This document shows, piece after piece, positions 1-13,794 of a stretch of DNA of 64,000 nucleotides (positions within the stretch are counted from its first letter, which is position 1; every line of letters starts with the position of its first letter). The translations under genes were made by a program, and so were the position numbers. Below the pieces are notes generated by a model. It had not been told where the DNA came from. It saw only the letters and a list, made by a program, of their open reading frames with translations, and did not search any database. The stretch comes from the human T2T-CHM13v2.0 reference genome, Homo sapiens. The stretch lies in the NCBI RefSeq assembly GCF_009914755.1, contig NC_060929.1. The stretch is one strand, 5' to 3'.

Positions 1-237
1 GCCAATCAATTGTCCAGGAGCTTTTTCCCCGTGTTCTCTTCTAGGAGTTTTATGGTTTCAGATCTTACATGTAGGTCTTTTATCCATTTTGAGTCTATTT
101 TTTGTGAGTGGTATAAGTTAAGGGTCCAATTTCGTTCTTTTACATGTGGAAATTCAGTTTTCTCAGCACCATTTATTGAACAGACTATCCTTTTCCCATT
201 GTGTCCTCTTGGTGCCCTTGTGGAAAATTAGTTGACT
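1..237 (-). mobile_element. Old L1 (L1M-type) ORF2 3' region fragment, cut by the window edge
   Basis: Plus strand reads as antisense L1 ORF2 ('...ttctaggagttttatggtttcagatcttacat...tttctcagcaccatttattgaa...ttttcccattgtg'). Confidence 0.85.
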
Positions 238-425
238 AGTAAACCATTTATATTCTAGGTCTTTTTCAATATAAAATTAACATGGCCTTCCACTGGCCAA
301 GTGGTGCCTTGGAATCACCTGGAGTGTTTCTAAAAGTCATAAGGCCCAGCTAGACGCTAGATCAAATAAATAAAAATCTCAGTTCATGGGACCCAAGCCT
401 CAGGATTTTTAAACATTTCCTATGA

Positions 426-588
426 TTTTTTTTTTTTTTTGAGACAGAGTCTTGCTCTGTCACCCAGACTGGAGTGCAGTGGCTTGCAATCACTGCTTAC
501 TGCAGCCTTGACCTCTCCATGCTCAGGAGATCCTCCCACCTCAGCCCCTTAAGTAGCTGGGACTGCAGGTACAAGCCACCACGCCCAG

Positions 589-640
<52 letters not shown>

Positions 641-760
641 GGTAGAGACGGGGTTTTGTCATGTTGCCCAGGCTGGTCTTGAACTCCTGAGCTCAAGCGA
701 TCTGCCCACCTTGGCCTCCCAAAGTGCTGGGATTACAGGTGTGAGCCACTAGTGCCCAGC
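426..760 (-). mobile_element. AluJ-like SINE
   Basis: Poly(T), then 'gagacagagtcttgctctgtcacccag'; J-type 'ctcaagcgatctgcccaccttggcctcccaaagtgctgggattacagg'. Confidence 0.95.
592..637. repeat. (GT)23 microsatellite replacing the Alu middle A-rich linker
   Basis: Perfect GT dinucleotide run read directly. Confidence 0.97.
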
Positions 761-989
761 ATCCTTAAGATAATTTTTATGTGAACTGAGACTTAGAACC
801 ACTAACTTAGATTCTTGGATGCCTTCTAGAACTTCTAGGATTAGACAAATATTGTGGATAGACTGTAAGAGAAGAACCTGGCCATAGTGGAGACAATCAC
901 TGTTATGTTATCCAGAGGAGAGGGTCATCTTGATCAATAATATTAACAGTAGTAGTAAGAGTAATACTGCTACTACTGATGGCAACATT

Positions 990-1490
<501 letters not shown>

Positions 1491-3043
1491 GCTCCTTGAA
1501 AGCAATCCTAAATTTCTATCCTTTCTTGATGGTTTTCTACTTGAAACAGTTAATATCGTAGAGTCTTGAATCCTGTTACATCAACTCCAGCATCTCCTTT
1601 CTCTGAGCCTTTTTATTAGACTTCTTTCCCCATCCCTAATTTTACAGACGAGCACATTTTATTGATGTGAAAATGAAGACTTATAAAGACTGTCCTATTT
1701 CCCAGGTCATATAACCAACTCCATGTGTGGTCCTGTGAAAGTGCCCTAACTTCTTTCAAATATGTTTTTTCTCATTTGAGTTGCAAAAATAAACCCATCT
1801 GCTTTGTAGCCATTAACATGGAAAGAAGAAGAGGCATCCAAAGTGTTGGGTCCGCATCGCCCTTGCCTTGGAGGAAGCTCCAAATAGAGGGAAGGATGGT
1901 TTCCAGCAGTCCCTGAAGTGCCTTTCCTCCTTCGTGGGATCCAGTTACACCCAGCAGACTTCAGTTTGAATAAACAGAACTAGATGAATACACCTAGGGA
2001 ATCTGTGAGGCCAGCCTCAGCTTTTAACATCCAGCTACAGGGAGGTGAGAGAAGCTTCAGCCAGTTGTTTTCTAAGAGCGAGATAAAGAAACCACCCTCC
2101 AATTATGCATCAAATTCTGCTTCACAGTTGAATAAGGGGCATGAAATCGGATGTTTTTCAAGCTCAATATAAAGCAGTGGAAAACCTACCTCCCCTCTCC
2201 CTCCATAAAGAACATCTAAACGCACAGCATTTAATTTCCGAATAGGGCAATGTTCTTTTTAAGGGAAATGTTAAGCAGGGATTAGAGACACGATGGGCTG
2301 TGTAACTCTATCCTCAGCCCTCTCCTTGTTAATAGTAATTTTTTTTTGGCGGCGTCTGTGCAGAGATGTGGGAAAAACCAAAGTCTTATGTAAATGAGAA
2401 TTGACACATGCTCGATAAACCAAACGCCAGACCTGAGATCTTAATTACACAGGAGTCTAGATGTCAAAATGAATGCAGCTTATTGACGTTCAGAGATTTC
2501 ACTCGGTATTAAGTTGGACGACCTTCTTCCGGGACCAGAGAGCAAAGCGCTGGTTTCTCATTACCCAGGGCCATCTTCACAAATGGCAAAGAGCTGTGTT
2601 CATGCCTAGACACTTTTCTAGGTGGAATATATCCCTGAACCACAACACTTAACACCTGCTCATAGTGGGACAAGCAAAACAAGATGTTTTCAGGTGTGGG
2701 ACAAACCACTGCTAATTGACCAAGGGCTCTTCTGAGCAGAGGTCCCTAACTGCACCCTCTCTCTCCACTCAGCCCCCACCTCCATCGTGCCTATTCATGT
2801 AGTCTCATTCGTGCCTCTAAGGCATTGCCAGGGGCACTACTTCAACTTCAACAACTAATACTCCTGTGAGATACACAAGAGCATTAGTAGTCACTTTTTA
2901 ATGTCAAGAAACAAAGTCCATAATTACTAAGCATTTATGTTGCTGAAGATGAGAACACTTGGCAGCTTGGGTAGCTCACAAAGCAGCTCCTGGTAGACTA
3001 GGTTTACTGGCCCATAGCTTTATTCGTTAGTGGAGACAATGGC

Positions 3044-3256
3044 CATTACCCTAAGCAGCACAGGCTCTGTTTTTAAAGGGAGAGAAAGCTACTTTCAGGC
3101 TTGGGCATAACCAAACAGTGCTCAGTGGGAGTCAGGTTCTTTGCCTTGAAATAGAAAAATAATACACCCTTTCCCTCCACCTCCACTAATTAAAGTGTCA
3201 GGATGGAGCCCCGACACTGACTTGACACATGACATGATGTCTCGTGTAATTGGACG
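3044..3256 (+). repeat. Copy 1 of ~210-bp local direct duplication
   Basis: Aligns by eye to 4891-4986 plus 5296-5426, e.g. shared 'gctactttcaggctt.ggcataaccaaacagtgctc' and 'acactgacttgaca.atgacatgatgtc'. Confidence 0.93.
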
Positions 3257-3689
3257 TGTTTCACGCTAACATCAAAGCCTCGTCAAGGATGATGGAGCGA
3301 GATGTTTAGTGCATGCCTGTTGCAGTCTGACATATAACTCCATCCAGCTTCATTCACAGGCTCTCGCTCACCGGGAGATTAACCCGCCAGGCTGCTGAGT
3401 GAGAGGGGACAGAGTAGGCCCTGACGGGAGGCCTGGGACGCAGGGGAAATCAAAACAAGTCCACCTGCTTAAGGAGACTGCCGCACTGTGACCTCGTCCT
3501 CCGGACATCTGTGGCAAGTGTTACCGCAGCCACTGATGTGGCGCACTGGGCCATTTACAGCTGCCTCATGATATTCTTTTTCACGACTGTGTTTACACTA
3601 TTGTTTAACAACTTTGTATAACAATCTCTTTTCACTCCAAATAAACCTTAGTGCCTGGAAGGCCAAGAGTATCTTCAGTATGTGTCTAT

Positions 3690-3932
3690 CCTAGTAAGCT
3701 TCTCAAATGATACAGAATTTTTCGTTTTTTTTAAAAATTTCCAACCTCTCATGTGCCAATACTTTTGTATAATCAAAATGATTAGAAAAATGAACATGGA
3801 CTAGGATGCCTTAGTAGTGTCAAATGACTATAAATGTGTCTAAATGCTTAATGTAAATTTCTTGTCATAGACCAGTAACACACAGTTTGCTAACTGGCAC
3901 GGGTCTGTGGACCTCATTTGATTATCATTAAA
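3690..3932. mobile_element. hAT-Charlie MITE (MER5C/Charlie-like)
   Basis: Ends 'gcttctcaaa...' and '...ctggcacgggtctgtggacctcatttg', with internal 'accagtaacacacagtttgc', resemble Charlie-family non-autonomous elements. Confidence 0.55.
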
Positions 3933-4259
3933 CCAGAACAACTAGAATGCCTGGTACAATAGGGAGCAAAGAATATCTTCTCAATATGGAACTGCTGATT
4001 GAATATGTGTATGAATTATAACATATATACACATATTACAATGTACACATATGGAATACATTCACACCAAATACTGGTATATGCACATACGTTCAATCAA
4101 ATTATACTTTATACCATAACATATGTGTAAATAAGAAGATGGGGTTTACAAAAGGAAGACCTATACTTAGGTTTTTAAAAAAGTGCATTAGGTAACGAGT
4201 TGGCACCATGACGCTCTCTATGGAAAGGTATAGGTGGATGAGGAAGAATGACTGAGCAG

Positions 4260-4430
4260 TGCTTCTCCTGTGCTCCATGCTGTAATTCTCCAAGCTCTGT
4301 GTGGGACTGGTGTTCACACCCATATTTACCCAAGAGGCAGTGAAGCTCACTGAGGCTACGCGATTTGCCAAGGTCACGCTGCTATTTAGTGATGGAGATG
4401 GGATTCAGGTACAGGACTGTCCGGCTCCAC
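4260..4430 (-). mobile_element. MIR fragment
   Basis: 'gatttgccaaggtcacgctgctatttagtgatggagatgggattca'. Confidence 0.65.
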
Positions 4431-4730
4431 AGCCTGCGTTCTATGGCACCACATTGTTCAGTGGTGTCACAGGGAGCTATGCTTTGTTCATATGACACAC
4501 AGTACAAAGAGAATGGCTGTGTTCCTACCTCCACCTCCAAGCAAAGACCACCATAAAATAATCACAAGGGGCTGGCCTGGGTAGGTTTTGAGTGAGAAGA
4601 AGTCCAACTGATGAACTTCTAGGAAAAGTTTACTCCCTCCTAAGAAAAAAGCATGGAGAAAAGATGACCCCCTTCTTCTGCTGGGGATTGAAACATCGGG
4701 ATAGGATGGCCAGGACATCCCTCAGTCATC

Positions 4731-4813
4731 TTTTTTTTTGATTATACTTTAAGTTTTAGGGTATGTGTGCACAACGTGCAGGTTAGTTACATATGTATAC
4801 ATGTGCCATATTG
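4731..4813 (-). mobile_element. Very short 3'-end stub of a young L1PA (L1PA2/3-like)
   Basis: Poly(T) plus 'attatactttaagttttagggta..tgtgcacaacgtgcaggttagttacatatgtatacatgtgcca' matches the antisense L1PA 3' terminus. Confidence 0.9.
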
Positions 4814-4890
4814 TAGACCCAGTTTGAGGATGGTGTTGCACACTGGGAAAGGCAGCACACCAAGATAACCACAAAGAAACAGAGGAAGTA

Positions 4891-5426
<536 letters not shown>

Positions 5427-6894
5427 TCTTACAGCTGGAGCAACCCCTATCAAACGACTCCTTATCACGTGATACAGTACAATGCCTTATTAAAACGAAT
5501 TCAAACAGGGATTGTTCTGTTACTTGCAGCCAAAGGCACCCTACCTAATGCAAGCGCCTCAGGGCACAATACAATACTGAACTTCACTATCCCTTTTAAC
5601 AAAAGCCAATGTTTGATTCACATTGTTGAGTCAGAATTTCAAAGGACCCTATCATTTAGTGTATAGCAGCAACCATATAGCAGCAACAAATATTTTTGAA
5701 ATCATGATTTGAAATAAAATTTAGATGCCATGAGACCATTTAGATGAGATATAAACAGTTTAACTTGGAAATAAAAAAAGCCCTCACAACACGTAATCTA
5801 ATTCCTATCGACCACATCCAGGGTTTCATTCAACTTTTGGGACAGAGTATATCAAGGCATGTGCAATCACAGCCCGTCAGCTCTGTTAGGAATTCCCTTG
5901 CTTCTTCCTGCATGTTTACACAACTTTAATACTTTTCTATATTGGCTCAATAAAGCATTTTTTCCTTTGAGATGGCATTGCTCATCTGTATTTATCCCAC
6001 AGAGAGGAGGCTAAGTTATCTTAACAGTCCATTTTGGTAACTGTAAAGCTGACAAAATTGTGTATAAACAGCTCAAATATTTCTCAGGAAATAAAACTGG
6101 AAAGAAGAGCCCTTGCTTCAACCATTTAAGACAGTCTTGCATATTTAGAGATTAAGGATATGGTGTGGGTTTCTTCTTTCAGCTAAACCCTCATCCCCAT
6201 CCTGCCCTTGACAACTTAATTTCCTCTCCTCTTTGGGAGACAGACGGATGAATATTTAGTGTAGAACATGATTGTGATTAAGCTTCCAAATGTATCTTCA
6301 TCTGGATTCCAGCTGGTGTGGCATCTCAATTACTCCTCCATTCCCCTATGGAACTGTCTTACCGATGTAGTAAGCTTTGCGTGATGGCACTGGATTAAAA
6401 ATCTCCTAGGACTCTCCAATCTTCTCACCTCAATCAATTATCCCTTTTCGAAAGGAAAAAAAGGTCTTGTGCATGTACATTATGACCTGAAGAATCCTAC
6501 CAATAGGCATCGGCCCATTGCCGATTGGCTACCCATAAACAGCGGCAATCTTTCTTAGAGCTGGCTCATTTCTCCTACTCCCCACCTCTGCAAATGATGA
6601 TTGATGCATTAATGTGAGACTGATAAACTCTGAAGAAGGGAGTGATTCATAGGTGTACTGTCAATACAATATGAAGAGAGTTGCAAAAATGTTCAGCTAC
6701 CCACAATTTGTTTACTGGATGAATATTCCACATTTGTCACTGTTTCCATGATTCCTAGTATCATATGCCCAAACTCTGGTAGGTTTCAGAAGTACAATAT
6801 CATTCAAATCAATTCTGATATCTGGAATATTCACCTAATATTTCTTCAGTAACACTTCTTTTGAGACGTGGCCCCAACTACTTCACATGGCTCT

Positions 6895-7180
6895 CTCACT
6901 CATTTGCTCAATCATTTATTCGACAAACATATACCGAGCACATAGGCTGTATGCTGAGCACTGGGGATAAAGATGTGAATGAGACACAGTCCTTGTTCTC
7001 GTGGATCTCAGTCTAGTGGAGGTGACAAACATGCACACAGGTAATCACAACAGAGTATGATGAGTGCCGGATGGAGCCGAGTACTGGATACCATGGGAGT
7101 ACAGCAGAGTGGCATCTATCATGGATTTGATTTGAGAGGGAGACAGCAGGGAGGGCTGTTCAGAAGGCATTCAGAGTTTT
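6895..7180 (-). mobile_element. L2 3' end
   Basis: 'cattt..tcaatcatttattcgacaaacat...ctgagcactggggataaagatgtgaatgagacacagtccttg'. Confidence 0.8.
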
Positions 7181-8709
7181 TCCTCTTGTCCATTACATTT
7201 ACAGCGCTCTCAGCACTTACACTAAAGCTTCCATAGAATAATTAGTCCTACAGTGCCTGTCCTTCCTTCTTTCCCCAATGCAGTTATATAAGTAAATGTC
7301 AGATATTCTTCAATTCTTATAATGAAATGTTGGGAAAGAAAGGCAGGCTTAAAGCTATTTTCTACTTTTTTTCTGCTACAAATATATATTATAGGAGTTT
7401 GAAGAACAGAAGCAATCTGGGTAGATTAGAATATTTGGGAGATGCTTCAGAAAATAAAGCAGCTGAGTTTACTCTCTAAGGCTAACAATGAAGTCAGTAC
7501 TTTCCACTTCTGTTAGACAAGACCCTATTTCCAGCAATCAGACGCATGAAAGATAGTTCCTCTTAGGAACCCAAGTGGATAGGTATAGGGTGCCAAGATC
7601 CCTTCCTGGAAATGAATAGGAAAAAATAAGCTATTGATCTCTTCCCTCATTTAAATCTTGCAGTTCTAAAAAAGGCACTTCTCTGCAAGAGTGAAGTATA
7701 CTTCTCCCACCTGTCTTCTTGGTTTGATGATTGCATGTATAGTGCTGTACACAGGGCATAGGCAAGGAAAATGGAAGATGAAGAATGGATATCGTAGAAC
7801 GGTCCAGTTCATAAGGGCCTACTGGAGAATTCTCAGACTCTCCAGAATCACACTTCCAGACAGTGACAAACAGAGCCCCTCAATACCTTCATACAGAAAC
7901 ACTTTAATCACCCTACACATTAGAAAAAAGTCCTGAGAAACCAGAAGAGGCTGGAAAGGTAGCCTGGAGTTCCAAGATCTCATGAAAAATTAATTCAACC
8001 CTCAAAGTCAGCACCAGTAAGGACTGTTCTATATAACAAAAAGTCCTCAGTTGCATTATTTAAAAACTGCTTTGGACTGACCAACTAATTTCAAAGGCTT
8101 CACTCTTTGCATTAGATGTTATCAAAGACGGATGTGCTAAAAGGGTTCTTTCTATCAAATCCGGTGCCCCTCTGCTCTCCTAGGGTTATAATTGAGATCC
8201 TTATTACAGCGAGAGCACTTTTGCTTTCATTTTAACCTAAATGTTTTTGTGAGATTTCCCTTCAAAGCCTGATGAAGAATGAGATTAGTGAAATCAGCCC
8301 TGTTCTCCCAGGAGCCACTAGCTCCTTTGACTCAGAGACCTTGGAGCTCCCTTATATATTACAGTCACATCAAAGGGGCATTTTGTTGTTTGTTTGTTAC
8401 ACCAACATTGCCAACCCGAGAATCAAACTGTTTTTTAAGTAGAGGTAAGAGATGAGGGTGCTGGGCTTGGGATTCTGAACAGGTGTGTTCCATTTTAAGA
8501 AATCCTGTTATTCAAAAATGAGCTATAAAAACAAGAAAAACTGGAAACGATCTGTCCATTTACAAAAGAGGGCTTACTATCGGCTTCCTTAAAAATCAGC
8601 TCCCTAATCTAGTTAATGTTTCATTATCCATAAAACAAAAGGGTGTTTACTGGCAACATTTTTGAAATACATCCATTATTTATAGAATGAGACATCTTTT
8701 GTACTACTA

Positions 8710-8900
8710 CTAATGGCTTCCTTTATTGAATGCCTCCTATTTATGTGACTGTCTCTGTACTGACACTTTATATAAGTAATCTCATTTACTTCTCAAAACA
8801 GCCCTGTAACCTACATATCAGAATCTCATTTTATACTAGAGAAAAAAAATGACTTGCCCGAGGTCATACAGCCAGCGCAGACCTGGAATTCAAAGCCAAA
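8710..8900 (-). mobile_element. MIR
   Basis: 'ctcatttacttctcaaaacagccctg...gacttgcccgaggtcatacagc...ggaattcaaagcc'. Confidence 0.75.
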
Positions 8901-9764
8901 GTCAGTTTTGCTTTGCACTTCATTTAGGTCTTGTTAGTAATTAGATTCAATGGTCATACTCCAAAGCCTCATTAATTTGGGCTGGTTGAGACACATTATA
9001 GTTTAAATTTGCTAGAAAAGTTTGAATTACAACATATCCACAGATTACCCACAAGTACACATAATGAGTTGGTAGTTTCACTGTTTGATGCAGATCCTTC
9101 AGGACTTCCTTCAATGATAAGAATAATTATAAGTCTTAACCCCACTGTATAAAGGCAATAGAAACACCCAACTAAAATGCATGAAAATACTTTGTTCCCT
9201 TAAGTTGGTTAAGTATAACTTGATAACTTGCCTATCAAACTCTCTTTTGAAAACACTTTATATGAGCTATGTTCAAGGGATCACGAATTTTTGAGTAGCA
9301 GGCCTTGATGTGATTATGCTCTGATTTTAATTTCTTTCAAACAAGAGCTCTTTGTATATTTCATTAACCCCTTGGCTTAGCAATAAAGAGAAGCAAGAGA
9401 CTGTGAGAGAAAGCAATGAGTTTCTCCATTCCCCACTCCAGTTGTCTGGGCAAGAAGAGTGGCTGATTTAAGAGGGAACAGCTATCTCTGCCTTACCAAA
9501 GGTAGGCCTTATAATTAGCAAACAGCAGTGAGAGTCATCCGAACTGGGAGCTCAAGATTGGGATGATGCAGACTCTGGTCAAGTCAACAGTAAGAATGAC
9601 ATAACTACGACAGAACATGTTAAAAACTGTTCATATCTTCCTTTCCATTTAGGAAATACTCTGGATCCCAGATCAGAGAAACTTATTCTGATAGGAGACT
9701 ACCCTGAGTAGAGAGAAGTAGTAGATAAAGGCTAAAGTGGCCAAATCAATGCACAGAAGCAAGG

Positions 9765-10445
9765 GCACCACCTCACACCCACCAGGATGTCTATGCTAAA
9801 AATGAAAAGGACAATAACAAGTGTTGGCAAGGATGTGGACCAACTGAAACATGCATACATTGCTGGTATGAATATAAATGGCGTGGCCATTGTGGAAAAC
9901 AGTTTGGCAGTTCCTCAGAAAGTTAAATATAGAATTACCATGTGACCCAGTAATCCTGCTCCTATGTATATACCTAATACAACTGAAAACATACATGCAC
10001 ACAGAAACTTGCATATCATTGTTCACAGCAGCATTATTCATGATAGCCAAAAGGTGGAACATGCAATGGAATATTATTCAGCCATAAAAAGAAATGAAGT
10101 ATCGATACATGCTGCATTACAGATGAATCTTGAAAACATGCTAAATGATAGAAGTCAGACATAAAAGGCCACATACTGCAGGATTCCATTTTTATGAAAT
10201 ACCCAGAATAGGCAAATCCATAGAGACAAAAAGTAGATTAGTATTTGCTGGGGGCTGGAGGAAGGTGGGGGGGGGGATGGGGAGAAATTGTTAATGGGTA
10301 CCAGATTTCTCTTTGGGGTGATGGGATGCTCTGGAATTAGACAGTGGTGATGGTCACACAACATAGTGCATAGACTAAAAAGCACTGAATGATATAATTT
10401 AAGATGGTGAATCTTATGTTAAACTATATCTCAAGAAAAAAAGAA
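9765..10445 (+). mobile_element. L1MB-type LINE 3' end (ORF2 C-terminus + 3'UTR)
   Basis: ORF 9878-10087 'PLWKTVWQFLRKLNIELPCDP' resembles the L1 ORF2 C-terminus; a typical 3'UTR and A-rich end follow. Confidence 0.92.
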
Positions 10446-11189
10446 GGAAAAAAGAAAGGGCCAGGGTTGCTAGAAAGAGAATGTCTCTAAACAGTGGGGC
10501 TTCCCCTTTTTAATTCAACTGGCCTGTAGACCCCAGCTCTGTTTCTGGGCCTGGAGAAGGATAGTGCTTATTGCTGCATTTTTTGATCATCAACAACAGT
10601 GTAAGCTTCCTTAGCTTCCCACTGCTCATACTTCTCTCTCTGAAGAAGCAGCCTTCTGTCCATCACGGGATGAGAAGAACTCCTCCATGGTTCACAGGTT
10701 TCTGCGAGATGAAGCAGCACCAGAGATGCGGGGTCATGCTAAGGTTTCATAGAAGAACTTCAAGTATTCAGCAGCAGTGGGGGATTGCACAGCTTAAAGG
10801 TTTTCAGACCACTTGTGACAGCAACAGAAGACGACAATGCATTCCTGTTGTGCCCTGCTATGTGAAGCAGACCTTAATTTGAGACAGGGATGGGGGTTGG
10901 GAGGGGTGACTCCTGTAGGCTGGAGCTGCTGGTGAGATGAAAACCCTAAACGTGCAACTTGGGCACAGCTTCACTTGCTACTTCCTCACTGCCCGGGCTT
11001 TCCCTCACACCTAGGAAAATCCTCTGAGTTGCTGCTTCAACAGACAGCAAAAAAGAACTTCTACTATTGTTACTTCAAAGACTTCTTCCAAGTGTAGTCC
11101 ATGCAGGAAAAAAAAAAAAAAAAAGAACTGAGATGATGTAGTTTATTTCCTGGAAATATTAGTATTTCAAGACCTGGGTGCACCATCCA

Positions 11190-11410
11190 CACTTTCCAGG
11201 GCATTGCCTGACACACGGTAGGTATTCAATAGATGATTTTTACTGAAAGAAGGAGTGAATGAATATGTGTATATGAGTATTTACTATGTGATAGGTGCTG
11301 TACTAAGTTTTTACATCATTATCACATTTTAAATGCACAGAGGTGTACAGTGACTTGCCCAAAGTCAAACAGCTTGTAAACTGCAGACCCAGGAGCCAAA
11401 CCACAGCAAG
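11190..11410. mobile_element. L2 end abutting an antisense MIR fragment
   Basis: 'gcctgacacacggtaggtattcaata', then 'tgacttgcccaaagtcaaacagc'. Confidence 0.65.
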
Positions 11411-12794
11411 CTCTTCCATCCTACAGGAAGCATTCTCTGCCTAATTAAGAAGAGTTTGTGGCCTACACTTCATGTTCCCATAGCACCTGGTGAGTCCTCC
11501 GATTTTACCATACACCGAGTCAGATTGTTAAGTTTGTGCTCACTTTTCATTCATTTCACCCACTACATTTAGTGAGCACTTAGACGCAGTAACTGACTGT
11601 GTTTTGTGCATTGCTATATCTCTAGGGATACAACAGGCACAGTTCTTAGTATAATATATCACTCACTACGGACATATTGAATTAATGATTGAATTTATCA
11701 CTTGATGAATGGGAGTCACACAGACTGAAGAGGGAAGCCAGAGTATGAGAAGGATTTGATGATGGACAAAGAAGTAGGAGACAGTGTATGGAGGGAGACC
11801 CCTTCCCTACCCCCCAAAAGGTGCCTTATTTTTGTGCTTTGGTATAGGTAAAGAGGTGGTATTGCCTAGAGGGACTGTAACTAGCCAGGAATCACAAAGC
11901 AAATTAGGGGGCAGTAGGGTCTGGCAGTGAAACATCTGTACAGCACATTGTGAGCACCAGATGAAAGGCATGCATAGAAAAGCAAAGATCGCAGCACTAG
12001 TTTTGCAGAAATGAAACATTCCTAAATTAACACAAGAAAGGAGGTGAGACTCCAGAATCAGATACACTGCAGAACATATAGATTCCCTTTGACATTGCTT
12101 TAAAAGCAAGTCAGTAGCTAAGTAAATAAGAATAAAATGCAAGAGAGAGAGCAACATTCTCTTTGGATATTTAAAATGTCTCCGGATCCATAATCCTATC
12201 CCTACACTTGGAGCAGATCAGAACTGAGAGGTAAACTGCACATTTAGGAAGGCACGAAGAAAGCCATGCAAGGGTTGAGAATCACTTTCTCCTTGCCTTG
12301 CACCAAAAACACATTCCTTTTGGGCGCTGGAGACTGCTCCGCAGAAAGCAACAGTGTCCCCCAGCCTACCATAAAGGGAGGCTTGCTCTTATCTCTCTAT
12401 CTTCCTTCATTGCTGAGCATGTTCTTGAGAGTATTATGAGCCCCATGTGTGTAAAATTAAAATCAAAAGTGATTTCTTCTTAGAGATAATTCTTCTCCTC
12501 CCTTTTCTGCACCCTTCCCCAGCACCCCTCTGCTCCAGAGCCCTCTCTCCAGGCCTGTGCCCCTACTCAGCAGCTGGGTGCCTGTATCAGACTGCCAAAA
12601 ACACCATTTGCTTTCTATATTCTAGGCGCTTGCTACAGGGTGTCTACTCTGGCCGCAGTAAAGACATACTAATTCTGACATTATTGTTACTGTCAAGTTC
12701 ATGAATTTAAGGAGGATTCAAGTTCTATTCGTAGACTGGAGAAGCAAAACCAAAACCTAAAAAAACCCCACAACAATGCATAGCTGAAAAAACA

Positions 12795-13625
12795 TACTTC
12801 CCCACCTGGATGTCCTGCAGACGCCCCCAACTCAACGGGCCCAAAAGTGCACTCACTGACTCCTCCCTGGTTAACCACCTTCTCGAGCCTCCTCTGGATC
12901 CTCCTGCAACCATCCTCCTTATCCTGGTGAACAATGTCCCTCATCTACCCTACCGCTTCAGCTAAAACCCTCATATTCATTTTCCCCTTGACCTCTTCTC
13001 CCGCTTTCAAATCTGTCTCCAAGCTCTGCTGATTTTACAGCTGAAATGCCTTTTGAATCTAACCATTCATCCCATCTCTGCTACCCGCTGTCCTAACACA
13101 GGCCCTTATTCCCATCTTTATTGGGGTCTCTGCCTTCAGTAGTCTCCAGAGGTCTTCACGGCAGACTGGAGGTTCCATCTGGAGACCTAGATGGAACCTA
13201 CCCTTCCATCTGGAGACCTAGATGGAGCCTACCCTTCCATCTAGCCTTATGTCCATCATCTCCCATGATCACTCCTTCAGTCCAGCTGGGCTGACCAAAC
13301 TCCCCCGACTACACTGTCACTCCCTGAATAGGTTATGTGCTTTCATTCTGGGGGCCTTCATATACAATGCTGTCTTTTTTCTTTTTTTGGCTGGGATACT
13401 TGTTCCCCTCACTTCCCCAGCTGCTCTTCCCGCTGTGCTCTGGCAGACCAGGATGTAGCTGTAGGTCTATGAGGGTCCTTAGCCCGTTTTCCTGAAAAGA
13501 TGCATCGTCATATCCTCTTCTAGGTCCTGAGCAGCTCCAGAGCAGGAACTAGGTGACAGTCATCTCTGTCTCACAGCAACTTAGCATGGTGCCACAAGCA
13601 TCGATTAGATGCTTGTGGAAGGAAG
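12795..13625 (+). mobile_element. L2 (diverged)
   Basis: 'ccacctggatgtcctgcagacgcccccaactcaac...' through 'cttagcatggtgcca...gatgcttgtggaa'. Confidence 0.7.
13173..13242. repeat. 31-bp tandem repeat, about 2.3 copies
   Basis: Unit ttccatctggagacctagatgga(a/g)cctaccc at 13173 and 13204, partial copy at 13235. Confidence 0.93.
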
Positions 13626-13794
13626 AAAGCAGGAGGAAGGAGGGGGAAAAAAAGAGAAAACCAAATGGAAGAAACTATGTCAAACTCTGCTCTGTCACTG
13701 CTCTCAAGATCCACTAATTGCCCCCAAACCTCAATTTCTTTCTTCTGATGCCCCTTGACTAAAATTCAAGCTAGAAAGGAGAAACTGATGAGGC

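Larger units (their letters stand above)
290..805. mobile_element. MER5-like hAT-Charlie MITE interrupted by AluJ
   Basis: 'ggaatcacctggag...' and 'ggatttttaaaca' lie upstream of the Alu; the terminal 'ttagaaccact' lies downstream. Confidence 0.55.

Noticed and set aside
474-752. Alu-derived ORFs (also 1058-1278, 19514-19740, 21159-21632, 54252-54830, 57455-57875, 60076-60428)
   Set aside because: Typical Alu translations such as '[17 protein letters not shown]', with no coding evidence.
3290-3600. Possible CpG island
   Set aside because: Only mild CpG enrichment over ~300 bp; too short and weak for an island.
9878-10087. ORF with L1 ORF2-like peptide
   Set aside because: Degenerate remnant of an L1MB retrotransposon, not a host gene.
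13173-13242. CRISPR-like palindromic ~31-bp repeat
   Set aside because: Units are directly adjacent with no spacers, there are no cas genes, and the context is mammalian.
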